A stretch of 63,112 bases of DNA, counting the filler, from Octopus bimaculoides (lineage: Eukaryota), in assembly GCF_001194135.2 (NCBI RefSeq). It is 5 parts of 5 records of this genome, joined end to end, with 100 filler letters (N's around TTAATTAATTAA, not from the genome) between each part and the next. Parts side by side here need not be neighbours in the genome. Positions count along the whole stretch, not along the records: positions 1 to 25,431 come from NC_068994.1; 4 more parts are not named here. One strand, written 5' to 3'. The number at the start of each line of letters is the position of its first letter. The stretch's first letter is position 1. Shown here piece by piece: positions 11,628 to 25,035 of this stretch. The translations under genes and the position numbers were made by a program. The notes beneath the pieces were generated by a model. The model saw only the letters and a program-made list of their open reading frames with translations, ran no database searches and had not been told where the DNA came from.

Positions 11628-13619
11628 NNNNNNNNNNNNNNNNNNNNNNNNNNNNNNNNNNNNNNNNNNNNNNNNNNNNNNNNNNNNNNNNNNNNNNNNN
11701 NNNNNNNNNNNNNNNNNNNNNNNNNNNNNNNNNNNNNNNNNNNNNNNNNNNNNNNNNNNNNNNNNNNNNNNNNNNNNNNNNNNNNNNNNNNNNNNNNNNN
11801 NNNNNNNNNNNNNNNNNNNNNNNNNNNNNNNNNNNNNNNNNNNNNNNNNNNNNNNNNNNNNNNNNNNNNNNNNNNNNNNNNNNNNNNNNNNNNNNNNNNN
11901 NNNNNNNNNNNNNNNNNNNNNNNNNNNNNNNNNNNNNNNNNNNNNNNNNNNNNNNNNNNNNNNNNNNNNNNNNNNNNNNNNNNNNNNNNNNNNNNNNNNN
12001 NNNNNNNNNNNNNNNNNNNNNNNNNNNNNNNNNNNNNNNNNNNNNNNNNNNNNNNNNNNNNNNNNNNNNNNNNNNNNNNNNNNNNNNNNNNNNNNNNNNN
12101 NNNNNNNNNNNNNNNNNNNNNNNNNNNNNNNNNNNNNNNNNNNNNNNNNNNNNNNGAATAAGTACTAGGCTTACAAAGAATAAGTCCTGGGGTCGATTTG
12201 CTCGACTAAAGGCGGTGCTCCAGCATGGCCGCAGTCAAATGACTGAAACAAGTAAAAGAGTAAAAGAGAGTAAAGAGTATATATATACAGAGAGAGCGAG
12301 GGAGAGAGAGAAAGAGTGAGAGATACTCATTCTTAACACGTTGCACCAGATTTGAGCCGGAGTATACAATAGGCTCTGGAGTTTCTTCTTCGGAGTACAA
12401 CTTCACCCTTTACAGGGTTTGTGCCAACAAACAACACAGGCGATTCAGTGGACTCTGAGCCACCGGTGTGTCGACATGATTGAGCCTCTTCATTTAGAGT
12501 CACCGCAAGAAACTCTGAATTTCAACAAGAACGTTTGTGTTTATTCATAAAATTCAGAATTCAGCAAGCAAAATATTTGCTAATGCGTACTACCGCCTGT
12601 CAAGCAGATACTAAATTATTACAAGTATGAACAATGACATGTACTATCATTCTTAACACGTTCCAACAGATTTTGAACAACCCTGTACAGTATTCGGATT
12701 ACGGCCACATAAGTACTCGGGTTACCGACCTCTGCGCAACACTTGTTACTTCACACAAATCTTTGTTTATTTTTAGTTTCTTTTCGTTAGACACGAAGGC
12801 CCAGAACTCTAGAAGAACCGATGAGACCTGCGTGTCTTTCGAGTCTCTTTCCAGCCTACTCGAAGTAAAATGTCCTAGGGAAAATATTGGAAACCGATAA
12901 GAGCTCCAGGTCAGATAAGCACTTATGTAAAATCCATTTTTCTCTGCAACTTAACTGTTTAATTTAGACATTGGCAGCAAAGATTTCCTATGACTCGAGT
13001 TTAACATCTCTCTTGGTTCTTCAAATTTATATCCAATATCATCCGCTTTCTGAAATCTTGGGGCCATCATCACTATTTGTTTGAATATCTCAGGCAAACC
13101 ATTGATGGCATCTACTACATCTCTCTTTCTCGCTTTCTCTCTTTTTCTCTTTCTCTCTCTCCTCTTATTATTTGTCTCTCCTTTTCTCTCATTCTTCGAT
13201 CTTTCTTCCTCTTCTCTCTCTCTCTTTCTTACTTTCTTTCGTTGGCTCTCTAAAGATCATCTTTGCCTCTCATCCTCTCGGAGTCGATAAGAAAAAACCA
13301 CCAGTCCAGGGCATTGTATAGGCGGAATTGTAAGGACATAGGAAGAAATACCTTGCGGTATTTGCTTCGACACTCTATGTTCTGAGTTCAAATTCTGCCG
13401 CGGTCAACTTTACCTCCCATCTGTTCGGGGTCGATAAGAGAAACAGGTACGAACGCAGCGTGGCGAAATGGCCAAACTACAAAATGCCGGACCAAATTAA
13501 GTATTTTATCCGGTTATTTGCGTTGTGAGTTCAATTTTCGCCATAGCCTACCTTCGGACAAAGTGTTTAGTGGCATTTTGCCAGTCATTACATTCTGAGT
13601 TCGAATTTGACTGCGGCTA

Positions 13620-13790
13620 TGCTGGAGCACTGCCTTTTAGTCGAAGAAATCGACCCCAAGACTTATTCTTTGTAAGCCTAATACTTATTCCATCGATCTT
13701 TTTTGCCGAATCGCTAAGATACAGGGACGTAAACATACCAACATTGGTTGTCAACCGATGGTGGGGCCACAAGCACAGACACACCAATAC
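13620..13790 (-). mobile_element. SINE family A, 3' half
   Basis: Reverse complement of the 41520-41710 region. Confidence 0.85.
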
Positions 13791-16700
13791 ATACATACAT
13801 ACATACATACAGGATCTATTTCAAAACGGGGGCACCAGTATTNNNNNNNNNNNNNNNNNNNNNNNNNNNNNNNNNNNNNNNNNNNNNNNNNNNNNNNNNN
13901 NNNNNNNNNNNNNNNNNNNNNNNNNNNNNNNNNNNNNNNNNNNNNNNNNNNNNNNNNNNNNNNNNNNNNNNNNNNNNNNNNNNNNNNNNNNNNNNNNNNN
14001 NNNNNNNNNNNNNNNNNNNNNNNNNNNNNNNNNNNNNNNNNNNNNNNNNNNNNNNNNNNNNNNNNNNNNNNNNNNNNNNNNNNNNNNNNNNNNNNNNNNN
14101 NNNNNNNNNNNNNNNNNNNNNNNNNNNNNNNNNNNNNNNNNNNNNNNNNNNNNNNNNNNNNNNNNNNNNNNNNNNNNNNNNNNNNNNNNNNNNNNNNNNN
14201 NNNNNNNNNNNNNNNNNNNNNNNNNNNNNNNNNNNNNNNNNNNNNNNNNNNNNNNNNNNNNNNNNNNNNNNNNNNNNNNNNNNNNNNNNNNNNNNNNNNN
14301 NNNNNNNNNNNNNNNNNNNNNNNNNNNNNNNNNNNNNNNNNNNNNNNNNNNNNNNNNNNNNNNNNNNNNNNNNNNNNNNNNNNNNNNNNNNNNNATGATT
14401 CAAAATAGGTCAATGAATGAAGTCACATTAATTGAAGTGAGGTGGTGCAGTTAGCCCATACGATGGCGACGGCGGCGGCGGTGACTGCGGCAGTAGTAGA
14501 AAAAGGCGAGCTTAGTGGTACCGTTGGTAGTGGTGGTGGAGGTGGTGGTAGAGGTGACGGACCGTGGTGATGGAGTTGGTGGTGGAGCTGGGCTGGGAGG
14601 AAAAAAGAAAAGTCTAGCTGTCGAGAGAGGATGGGAAATCAACGTGCCAGCAAAATACTTCCTATCTTGTCTTACTCTATTCCAATGACACACCGCATAG
14701 TACACGCACGCCGCCCCACCCCGACCGGCGCTCATTTGAACAACGCAAGTGTGTAAATATATGCATGTGCACATATGTGTCTGTGTATGTGTACGTGTAT
14801 GAATAAACATGTGTGTGTATGTGCACGAACATATATATATATATATATATATATATANNNNNNNNNNNNNNNNNNNNNNNNNNNNNNNNNNNNNNNNNNN
14901 NNNNNNNNNNNNNNNNNNNNNNNNNNNNNNNNNNNNNNNNNNNNNNNNNNNNNNNNNNNNNNNNNNNNNNNNNNNNNNNNNNNNNNNNNNNNNNNNNNNN
15001 NNNNNNNNNNNNNNNNNNNNNNNNNNNNNNNNNNNNNNNNNNNNNNNNNNNNNNNNNNNNNNNNNNNNNNNNNNNNNNNNNNNNNNNNNNNNNNNNNNNN
15101 NNGGTGGGATCAAACAGAAAACTACTCCGTCTACTGAGAGATAAATATCCTTATATCCTTTAATATATATCCTGTATATATGAAAGGGGACACACACGCT
15201 TACACACGCACACACTCACACAAACTAACACGTTCACACACACATATGCATGTACACATATATATATAGAGAGAGAGAGACCCAACGCACTCCTTCCCAA
15301 TGTAGTATTCCTCACCTCCTCCGGTGGACTGAACTCGATCTCAACCAAAGTTGCCTTTCGTTCCCGATACACCTCTCCCAACAGATCTCGCGGGTGGCTA
15401 TGGGAACGAGAATTCGGTCCACACATGCGAACCAGCTCGATGGCTGTTTCGAGGTCCAAATATTCTCACGGTTCACTGGTCCCTCTCATCGACAACTTCA
15501 TCGGCTCCACTGCATTCACCCGCGGACAACTGAATTATTTTCTCTCTTTCGACCAGTCCTTCCATTTCGCCACCCTTGAAATTCTCCTTCTTCTGTCTCC
15601 GACACTTACGTTAACTTGCCCAACATTTCCGTTTCCATTAGTCACTCCTTCCTTAATACTACCATATTCTACAAATTTAGGGATTCCCACTTCTACTGGG
15701 CAAGTGGTTTATGAGTCCGAATACGTGAACGCTGTCGTTTCTGACCGGACCCATAATGGAGCAAGCGATATATGAATTCCGTAAAGGAGTAGTTACAAAT
15801 CGATGCTTCATGAATATGTCTGTTTCTGATTAAAATTGAGAGGCTGTTGATTCTTCGTTGTATACAAGTTGTCCAAAAGGAATTTCCTCCTATCACGTCA
15901 CCTCAAGTATATCTCGGACCTTTACTTAAATGAGAGCGCTGGTATTCTAATATCTTGTATTTTTCAGTTTGGCACGTACAGAAGTTTCGGAATCTGTGGA
16001 AGTATGGTGCAGAATTGTCAATAATATATTATCGGAATATGTTCTAGTCCATGGTACGCGAGCTTCCTGGTGAATTGCAATAAGTAAGAGGAGCTTTCCT
16101 TGTCGTTTCATCTAAATGAGTGTAGTAGATTCATTTTAAAAATATTGCATGATCGATTTTACGTGCGTAAAACACTAAGTGGAAGGGAATGACTCAACGA
16201 TACTGATTTTTAAGTCGTGTGCAGCTGTGTCAAAGAGTTATACATCGGTGTGTGTGTATGTGTGTGTGAGAGAGAATTATGTGTGCGCGAGCGTATGTGT
16301 ATGTGTGTGCGTATGTGTATGCATGTGCGTATGTGTACGTGTCTGCGGTGTGTGTGTGTGTGAGAGAGAGTGTATGTGTGTGCGAATGTATGTGTGTGTG
16401 TCTGTGTGTGTGTGTGAGAAAGAGAGAGAGTGTATGTTTTTGCGTGTGTGTGTGAGAGAGAGAGAGAGTGTGTGTATGTGTGTGCGTGTGTGTGTGTGCA
16501 TGTGAGAATGTGTGTGTATGTGTGTGTGTGAGAGAGAGGGAGTGTATGTGCGTGCGTGTGTGTGTGTGCGTGTGTGTATGTGTGTATGTGTGCGTGCGTG
16601 TGTATGTGTGTGAGAGAGAGAGAGAGTGTGTGTGTGTGTGCGTGCGTGCAAGTGAGTGTGTGTACATATGTTGTTTTGTTTATAAATGTTAGCAGATCAC

Positions 16701-16977
16701 AACACTTGATAAACGCACTGTATACAAATTAATCTAGCTATTACGTATTTGATAGGTTTAAATGGCTATTATCAACAAGTTCTCTTGGCAGGCAGAGGAA
16801 CTAGGAGAAGTAGTACTTGTTTTCCGATGAGTGGTCAACGAACCCTGAAACATATCAGGAAAATCTCATTTAATTTTATATATTGAAGAGAATAACAAGA
16901 TGCCATTACATCTGTTTAAAGATCCACAGATAAAAGATTAAAATCGGTTGTTCAAGTACTTTAAATTTATCTTAGGT

Positions 16978-17018
<41 letters not shown>

Positions 17019-17243
17019 NNNNNNNNNNTTGTTTGCCCCGCCACCATCCTTGACAAACGATGCTGCTGTGTTTATGTCCCCGTAACTTAGTGGTTCGTCA
17101 ATACACCGATAGAATAAGTATTCGGATTACAAAGAATAAGTCCCGAGGTCGATTTGTTCGACTAAAACCCTTTAAGGCGGTGCTCCAGCATGGCCTCAGT
17201 CAAATGACTAAAACGTGTAAAAGAATGTAAGTAAAAGAATATA

Positions 17244-17636
17244 TCAGGTCATCCCATAAGTTCTGTCCGAATTTTGAATAAAGAAAACAAGTGATCAAAT
17301 GTTATATTTTATTGAAATTCAATCATCAATGTACTTTGATTATCTATGACTTCCTTCCATCTATTTACAAGCTTTTTAATCCCGTCAATGTAAAACTCTT
17401 TTGGATTCAAAGCGAAGAACTCTGAAATGTCAGTTTCGACCTCTTCCTGGTTTGCGAAAGTTATGTCCCCCAAATCATTCTGTAAACTACGAAACAAATG
17501 GTAATCTGAAGGAACAAGGTCAGGAGAATGGGGTGGATGAGGAATTTTTCCCAACCAAGCTCCTCGTTCTTCTGTGATGTGATCTTTGCAGTGTGAGGTC
17601 GTGCATTGTCCAGATGAAACATCACACCCATGAAGT
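17244..17636 (-). mobile_element. Mariner (Mos1/SETMAR-like) transposase 3' fragment with TIR
   Basis: Minus frames FHLDNARPHTAKIT...LGWE / IPHPPHSPDLVPSDYHLFRSLQN...FYIDGIKKLVNRWKEVID. TA followed by tcaggtcatcccataagttctgtccg at 17242. Confidence 0.92.
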
Positions 17637-17639
17637 TCC

Positions 17640-17757
17640 CTTTAGTCGGCCCGAGGCTATAGTGGAAGACACTTGGCCAAGGTGCCACGCAGTGGGACTG
17701 AATCCGGAACCATGTGGTTCGTAAGCAAGCTACTTACCACACAGCCATTCCTGCGCC
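17640..17757 (-). mobile_element. SINE family A head
   Basis: Reverse complement of the SINE-A head, followed by an (AAT)n tract at 17765-17830. Confidence 0.85.
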
Positions 17758-17764
17758 TAAATAT

Positions 17765-17835
<71 letters not shown>

Positions 17836-18049
17836 CAACAACATCCATGGTTTCAAACTTTGGCATAAGGTCAGCAATTTGAGAAGAAGGGAGCTAATCG
17901 ATTATACCAACGTTTGGACAAAGTGTGTTATCGGCTACGAAAAGACAAAGGGCAAAACTGGTTTCAAATGGATTTGAACGCAAGACTTAAAGATCCGTAA
18001 CTAAATACCACAAGATAGCAGTACAAACAACACTAGGAGGGGGAGGAGG

Positions 18050-18450
18050 AGGAGCAGGAGTGGGTCAGTGACATGCATTCATGCACCAGAAGATATGCGA
18101 GAGTTACAAGTGCAAGACAAGACAAGTGGGAAAATAAGATCGATGAACAGTGGAACGAGGTCATTGACAGTAACGATGTCACCGCCCTGTGGGTCAACCT
18201 AAAAAGAGGACGATGACAACGCTGACACACTAACAGAGATAGACAGAGATAAAGGCTGACGGGACTTTTATAATTGACAAGGACAAGAAAGATAGGAGGT
18301 GCATACTTATCGAAGCACCGCTGTCAATGACATATACAGAAGATGACCAAGTGCAGCGACCGGGAGATCGAAAGCCGCAGGATTGTGGAGGACCGATACG
18401 AGATGGCGTAAAAGACGAGCTCGAAGGATGAAGATCGTTCCCGAGTCGTA
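18050..18450 (+). mobile_element. Highly decayed R4/Dong-like RLE fragment
   Basis: Frameshifted pieces FMHQKICESYKC, EVIDSNDVTALW, EIKADG/IIDKDKKDRRCILIEA and TKCSDREIES parallel the copy at 36597-37040. Confidence 0.55.
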
Positions 18451-18485
18451 TAGATTCTCGGTTTCCGTGGCGTATATATACATAC

Positions 18486-18529
<44 letters not shown>

Positions 18530-19026
18530 TCTTTTATTCTTTAATTCTTTTTATTCTTTTATTTGTTTCAGTCATTTGACTGCGGCCATGCTGGAGCACC
18601 GCCTTTAGTCGAACAAATTGACCCCAGGACTTATTCTTTGTCAGCCTAGTACTTATTCNNNNNNNNNNNNNNNNNNNNNNNNNNNNNNNNNNNNNNNNNN
18701 NNNNNNNNNNNNNNNNNNNNNNNNNNNNNNNNNNNNNNNNNNNNNNNNNNNNNNNNNNNNNNNNNNNNNNNNNNNNNNNNNNNNNNNNNNNNNNNNNNNN
18801 NNNNNNNNNNNNNNNNNNNNNNNNNNNNNNNNNNNNNNNNNNNNNNNNNNNNNNNNNNNNNNNNNNNNNNNNNNNNNNNNNNNNNNNNNNNNNNNNNNNN
18901 NNNNNNNNNNNNNNNNNNNNNNNNNNNNNNNNNNNNNNNNNNNNNNNNNNNNNNNNNNNNNNNNNNNNNNNNNNNNNNNNNNNNNNNNNTATAGATTCTC
19001 GGTTTCCGTGGCGTATATATACATAC

Positions 19027-19070
<44 letters not shown>

Positions 19071-19599
19071 TCTTTTATTCTTTAATTCTTTTTATTCTTT
19101 TATTTGTTTCAGTCATTTGACTGCGGCCATGCTGGAGCACCGCCTTTAGCTGAACAAATCGACCCCAGGACTTATTCTTTGTAAGCCTAGTACTTAGTAC
19201 TTAGGAATCCGCGGACCCCAGGTTGGGAACCATTGCCTTAAGAACTAAAAAGATTTTGGTGCCCCCCACCCATATATTAATATATGTAATTGAAAATACA
19301 AGCAATAATAAACCACAAAACAAATTATTTTTCAAAGTGAAACAAAACCAACAGTAAGTTGGAAAATGTATATTTTCGTATACTTCCACTTTATATTTGA
19401 GAAGTTTTCTCTTACCATTTTAATTGTAAGATTTTTGATCAGATCCTTAAAATTTATTTTATGTAACGCAACTGCCTCTCTACTTCAAAACATCCCGAAT
19501 ATCATTTTAGCAAGTTTATAGTGATTTCTTTTGTGCCGTAAGCCATTTACCATTTCTGTGAAGCCCTCCCCCACTTCCCTTCATGCCCTAAGAACGTGG

Positions 19600-19990
19600 T
19601 TATTTTACTTAATAATTAATCCAACACTGCCAGGTCAGAGGTTTCTGGAAATTATCCATAGACGCTGCGTCCCCAAATCCTCCGGAACAGGCGAAACAGC
19701 TGCTTATCGTCCAAGTGTAAAAGATCTACCTGGAACCACACAGGTTTGTGCGTCTCCGACGACAGTACAGACAAGCATCAACCCTATGGGCGAGCATCTT
19801 CATCAGGATCTTTAAAACCCTGTTGAGCAGCGTTTGGGCCTTAAGTTTGCCATTACGTCCATTTATGTTCGGATCTTTTCTGTTGAACGTCACTAGCCTT
19901 TTTGACTGGGAACATCCCGCAAACAGCTGCTGGAGACAGGGCCGAAGAAGTTGGGCATCTGGAAATATCGCTCATAGAGCAAGCATTCCC
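19600..19990 (-). mobile_element. Decayed L1/Tx1-clade LINE RT fragment
   Basis: Minus translation VTFNRKDPN...QTLLNRVLKILMKMLAHR and VGDAQTCVVPGRS resemble the Tx1 motifs VTLLRKDP..RPITLLN..KIL.K.LA.RL..QTC.VPGRSI. Confidence 0.7.
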
Positions 19991-20470
19991 TTACTAACGA
20001 TTAGCGGCCCACAAAATGGATCAGCAAGTTCTTCACTCTATGATCTGAATTCAACTTTTCACAGCTCTCAGTCTTCCTAATCGACAATTGGCGGGGTAGG
20101 CATGGCGAAAAGCTGCTGTAAAACCGTACTCAACTGTTTGGAATTGTTGAGGACACAAAAGTACCGGGGAGGACTCATAGTTAGTTATCAAAACCTTACT
20201 GTTAGGCTACGACCGAAATTTGAGAGCTCAACCACCGAGTCTCGCTAAAATTGCACATGTGACCTACTTTTCTTATGATTTACTCGAGGTCAAAGCTTCT
20301 CTCTCACTCTCTCTCTCACTCCTTTTGTTTCTGGTTTGTTTTCCCGTCTCTCACTCTTTGTCTGCCTGTCTGACTGTCTGTCCGTCTGACTCTCACTCTC
20401 ACACCATTTCACTCCTGCTCTCTCTCTCTCTCCTTCTCTCTGGTTCTCTCTCCTTTTCTCTGTTTCTGCC

Positions 20471-20503
<33 letters not shown>

Positions 20504-20526
20504 GTCTCTCTCTCTCAATCTTTCCG

Positions 20527-20558
<32 letters not shown>

Positions 20559-20688
20559 ACTATCTCACCCCCTCTATTTCTCTCTCTTTCTCTTTCTCCT
20601 TTCAATGCCCTTCAGTCTCATCCAGTGTTCTTTTGCCATCATCATCCAGGGTGAGAGCACTCTTACCCAGATATCTTCATTGTCATCG

Positions 20689-20720
<32 letters not shown>

Positions 20721-21226
20721 GCTGTTGTTGTTGCGGATGTAAATCTGGTTATGACCAAAGCGTACCAACCATGACCACTCCAACTTTTTGTTTCAACCAA
20801 TGTATCCAGGACTGCATTAAACGATCTTCTTAGCTGTTTTGCCCCAGGTCACTTTAAGCAGGCTTGTGACCGAAGACGTTCCCTCCGTGACCATCTCATC
20901 ATATTTTCAAACTTTGTATATCTAGGACCTCACCGCCTAATGTATCTTTTTTTCTTTGTTAAGACGGTAGAGTGAGATTTGAGGGTATCTGCCTGTTGTA
21001 TCTAGCAAATCAATTAACCGCGTAGAAGATCCTTTGCTGACTCACCCAAACCTCTTTCTTATTGTTGTTGCTGTTTTATCACTGGTCAAGAAGGCAAACG
21101 ATAAAAGACATTCCAGCCACGACTATCCATCTTTGTTTCTGACATTGCATATCCAGGACTCTGTTATCTAATGTGTCCATTTTTTTGTTTTTCAAAAATG
21201 GTACAAAGTATTTTTTTTTTATGCCT

Positions 21227-21590
21227 TTAACCCTCCAACGCGGAGTATAGGCCACTTGTAATTGAATTCCATGTCGCATATTTTTTCGCTTCTGTTCTTA
21301 TGCTCTGCCATGAATGTCCCCCTTTCTCCAGTTCCTTTTGTGTTGATCTACGCCACGTTTTCTTAGGCCTACCCCTCTTTCTAGATCCATCCGGATTCCA
21401 CTGTAAAGCACTTTTCGCTACATTTGGTGTGTCCTTTCTAATTGTGCTACCAATCCACTTCCACTTTTTCTTCAATATTTGCTCCCTAATTGAAACTTGA
21501 TTCGTTCTTTGCCATAGCTCCATATTGCTTATGTGTTCGGGCCATCTAATTTTAAGTATACTACGCAAAGTATAGTTTGAGGGAAATTTA
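21227..21590 (-). mobile_element. RTE-clade LINE 3' end
   Basis: LRSILKIRWPEHISNMELWQRTNQ...KWKWIGSTIRKD...ALQWNPDGSRKRGRPKKTWRR, followed by an A-rich tail. Confidence 0.9.
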
Positions 21591-23264
21591 TCTGTTATTT
21601 CTAGCTCTCCAAGCGATCTCGTACAGATTTTATCGTTGGCATCATTTTGCTGAGGACATAACTTTTTTTCATTCTGCATAGTGCAGCAGACGGTGCTCCG
21701 AAAATCTGGGCAATTGAAGGTTCCTTTCTCTTACAGTTTTATCTTTAACATGCCCTGGACTGACCAAATACAGGGTGCTATGAGCACCTGAAGATACTCC
21801 AGCTGTTGGCGTCTACCCCAAACATCTATGCTTAGTTACCATACGGTAACTATGTAAATATGAACAGAGGGAAAGTTCTATATGAAATAAATGCCACGCG
21901 GGATTTGGTTTGCTTGTTTTTTTGGCCCCACCACCGCTTCCCTGATGGTGGTAGTAGAGGTGGTGGTGATGGTGGCGGCGGTATAACTGGTTATGGCGAT
22001 GGTGATGATGGTGACTGTAGTGGTGGTGTAGATGGTGGTAGTAGTTGTAGTGGTGATGATGGTGATGGTGGTGGTAGTGGTGGTGGTAGTAGTGGTGGGG
22101 TGTAGTTGCTATTGTTTTCGATGGTGTAGACTCTAACAGGGATATTGTAATTGTTTCCCCACCCCCACCCCTCTCTTCCCTGGACTTTCAATGAATGCTT
22201 GCGCTTCTGCAAACAGAACCCTTCTCTTGCTAGAGTGGGTGTTGAGAGCATGTAGATATTATGATCAATGACACCTGACAGAATCTGGAGGAGCGAGTAC
22301 GTACTTCAGTTTGATCGGGTCAGATATGATATTCTATTCCTAATTCCTTGGGGCATGGCTCAGTTACCAGGGGGAAAAAAAAACCCCCACTGTCACGATG
22401 CATGCATTTGGTCAGCTTTGCTCATTCCTTCCAAAGGCCTGTTTCTTTCATCTTCTCATCCTTTCTAGCTGTAAATCGCTACCCTTTTCCCGTTACCTTC
22501 ACCCAGTTCTCTAATATCAAATTTCTCTTGCTTTATCGTCGCTCTTGTCAACTGCTTCCATTCGTGTTTCTTAACAAGTTCACTCGCAATATGCATAAGA
22601 CGTTGTTCCACTTACTTTTGAACACTTCACTGATATGGTAGCTTTTGCTGCTGCTGTTGTTTATCAGCTGCTATCTGAGTGATATCAAACAACACTTCAA
22701 GCACTTGAAGGTTGTCTGGAGCTGATCTTAAAACCCTCTTCAACAGACTTTCCTCCGAGATATCATTTGTCAATATTACTGTTAGGGTCTTGTAGGTTTT
22801 TAGCGTTAATAGAAAAAATTTTCTTTATCTTACAGTAAGTATACCAAAGTTTGGTAATAATAGAAGTACCAAATCATTGTGGAGCATTGTCTTCATGTAA
22901 GCTGAAATTTATGGCAGTCGTGTTCAATAAAATCTGGTGTAATATATTTTTGTTACACTTATTGTTCATGGAACTTTAATATGATTCGTTTTCGTCGATA
23001 CTTTAGTATTCCAACTGATTCTTTAATAGTCTAATAATCATTGTCTTTATTTCTTCCTTCCTCTCCAGCAGCATACAGACACATAAGGCATTACCAAAGT
23101 ATTGGCACCAACGATTGCCAAACCAGTTCGTTGTCACAAACGTGATCAAGAGGTTACTGCTTCGCCTGTCGTTTCAAATATTTTAAACTTGATGGCGTTG
23201 ATAAAAATAAAAAACTTCGTAGATTTACCAGGATCACTGCTTACTACCATTGCCACCCGCTCAA

Positions 23265-23337
<73 letters not shown>

Positions 23338-23851
23338 TGTGTGTNNNNNNNNNNTGTGTGTGTGTTTGTGCAGCAGTGACGCGTATCCTCGCCACTTGCC
23401 GTCCTTAGCATCTCATCGCAACCCTCGACAAGTGACCACAATATCCGAGTTGTGGCAGTCAACGAAGTGTTGGTGACAGTGAAGTCCCAAACGAACAAAT
23501 GCTCTGAGACATACGGAAAACAGTTTCTTATTTCTTTATTGCCCACATGGGGCTACACACAGAGGGGACAAAATATTCTAATAGTTATTTTTATACTTTT
23601 CCTAATAATATTTAATTTTTAAAATATAAGACATTTTAAACATAGAATGGCTAGGGGAGTCTACCCGAGTAAAATAGAAAACAAAGAGGTCCATAGGTAA
23701 AATAAAATGGTTGAGAAACGCTGGACTAAAAGGAGGGACATGTTCTCCGATGACGAAAAGCAACAGCGATCGGATTTTCATGTACAAATCCGCCAGAACG
23801 TATTAACAACGGATATATCACTGAATGAGATAGAACATCTGGACATCTGTC

Positions 23852-24030
23852 GTTGATGACTTTGTGGACCAAGAGAATGGAAGCTTCTTCACCAATAAGA
23901 TCCAAGCACTGTCACACTGATGGAAGAAATGCATAGACCGCAAGAAGGCCTATGTTGAAAAATAAACCTAATTTGGTCACATTCTATGTGAATATTTTAT
24001 TCAGCCTATGAACTTTGCAGCTGCCCCACG
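23852..24030 (+). mobile_element. Mariner 3' end with right TIR
   Basis: DDFVDQENGSFFTNKIQALSH*WKKCIDRKKAYVEK*, then cagcctatgaactttgcagctgccccacg followed by TA. Confidence 0.75.
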
Positions 24031-24269
24031 TATATTGGATGAAAATATATGACTGAGAAATAATGTGTGTTGTTAGCCTCTGTTCTCTGGATTTTCATGG
24101 TTTTGCACCTCCACCGCTCAGGTACCTCTGACCCACTCATCTCTCTTCATCTCGTCACCGTTATTATTCAGCCATTTCTGGCCCTGTACTAACCGCTATC
24201 TCCTTCCACTAGAATCTTCTCTCTGCACACTTCCTTCTTGCAGGTGCTGACCTGCTCTCGTAATAAAGT

Positions 24270-24510
24270 TTGTCCACGTTAGTCTATAAGGAGCATAGGA
24301 CCGGTTTCCCGGTTTCTCAGGCCTATATATTGCTCTTGGGATGCGACGCTAGTCCATCGCAGAATTTACTCATTTTTACCAGCTGAGTGAAATGGAGCAG
24401 AGTAAAACGAAGTGTTTTGCTCAAGAACACAACGCATCGCCCGGTCCAGGAGTCGAAACTACAATCCTTCAATCATGAACCCAACGCCTTAACCACTAAG
24501 CCACGTGCCT
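24270..24510 (-). mobile_element. SINE family C
   Basis: Minus strand tggcttagtggttaagg (A box), gtttcgactcc (B box) and the ttgtgttcttgagcaaaacact core. Confidence 0.8.
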
Positions 24511-24639
24511 CCACAATTGTGCAGCTGAAGGACTGCAAGTAATGTATCTCGAATGATGTAGGTTTTGTGAGTCCAGCTTTTTTCTTATATTCACTGCGTG
24601 AAAGAGGCGAGAGGGTGATATCATAGATGCGATAGTTTC

Positions 24640-24780
24640 TTTGTTTAGGAAAACAATTCTCCCACGTTTTATTATGAAGTACGAGCGTTTAGTTTGGCCA
24701 AATTCCATACCTATATCAGCTGAAAAGGTTATTGCTACTTCTATCTTTTTTCTTAGAATTGTGGCTATTTCCATTGTAGA
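24640..24780 (-). mobile_element. R4/Dong-like RT fragment
   Basis: TFSADIGMEFGQTKRSYFIIKRGRI matches the FS.DIGMEFG..KC....IKRGK motif that follows YMDD in R4-clade RT. Confidence 0.65.
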
Positions 24781-25035
24781 CTTTTAGGTTCTCGACAAAT
24801 AAATTATATGATTAGATTGAGTTCCCCTGCTGTTGCAAACCTTAGCATATAATCATTGGATTTCTTCTTTTCTTTTTCTGTTTTCTTTTTCNNNNNNNNN
24901 NTCTTTTTCTTTTTTTTTGGGGGGGGGGAGGGGAATAACATTGGATTTGGTGCCAAGATAAAGAAAACTTCAGGGTGACCACTTCCAAAATCTTTAGAGA
25001 TAATCATTGTTTGACTTCTAGACTTCTATAAAATT

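Noticed and set aside
22463-22610. Death-domain-like peptide MHIASELVKKHEWKQLTRA... on the minus strand
   Set aside because: Short, bounded by stops, no supporting splice sites, and the resemblance is only impressionistic.
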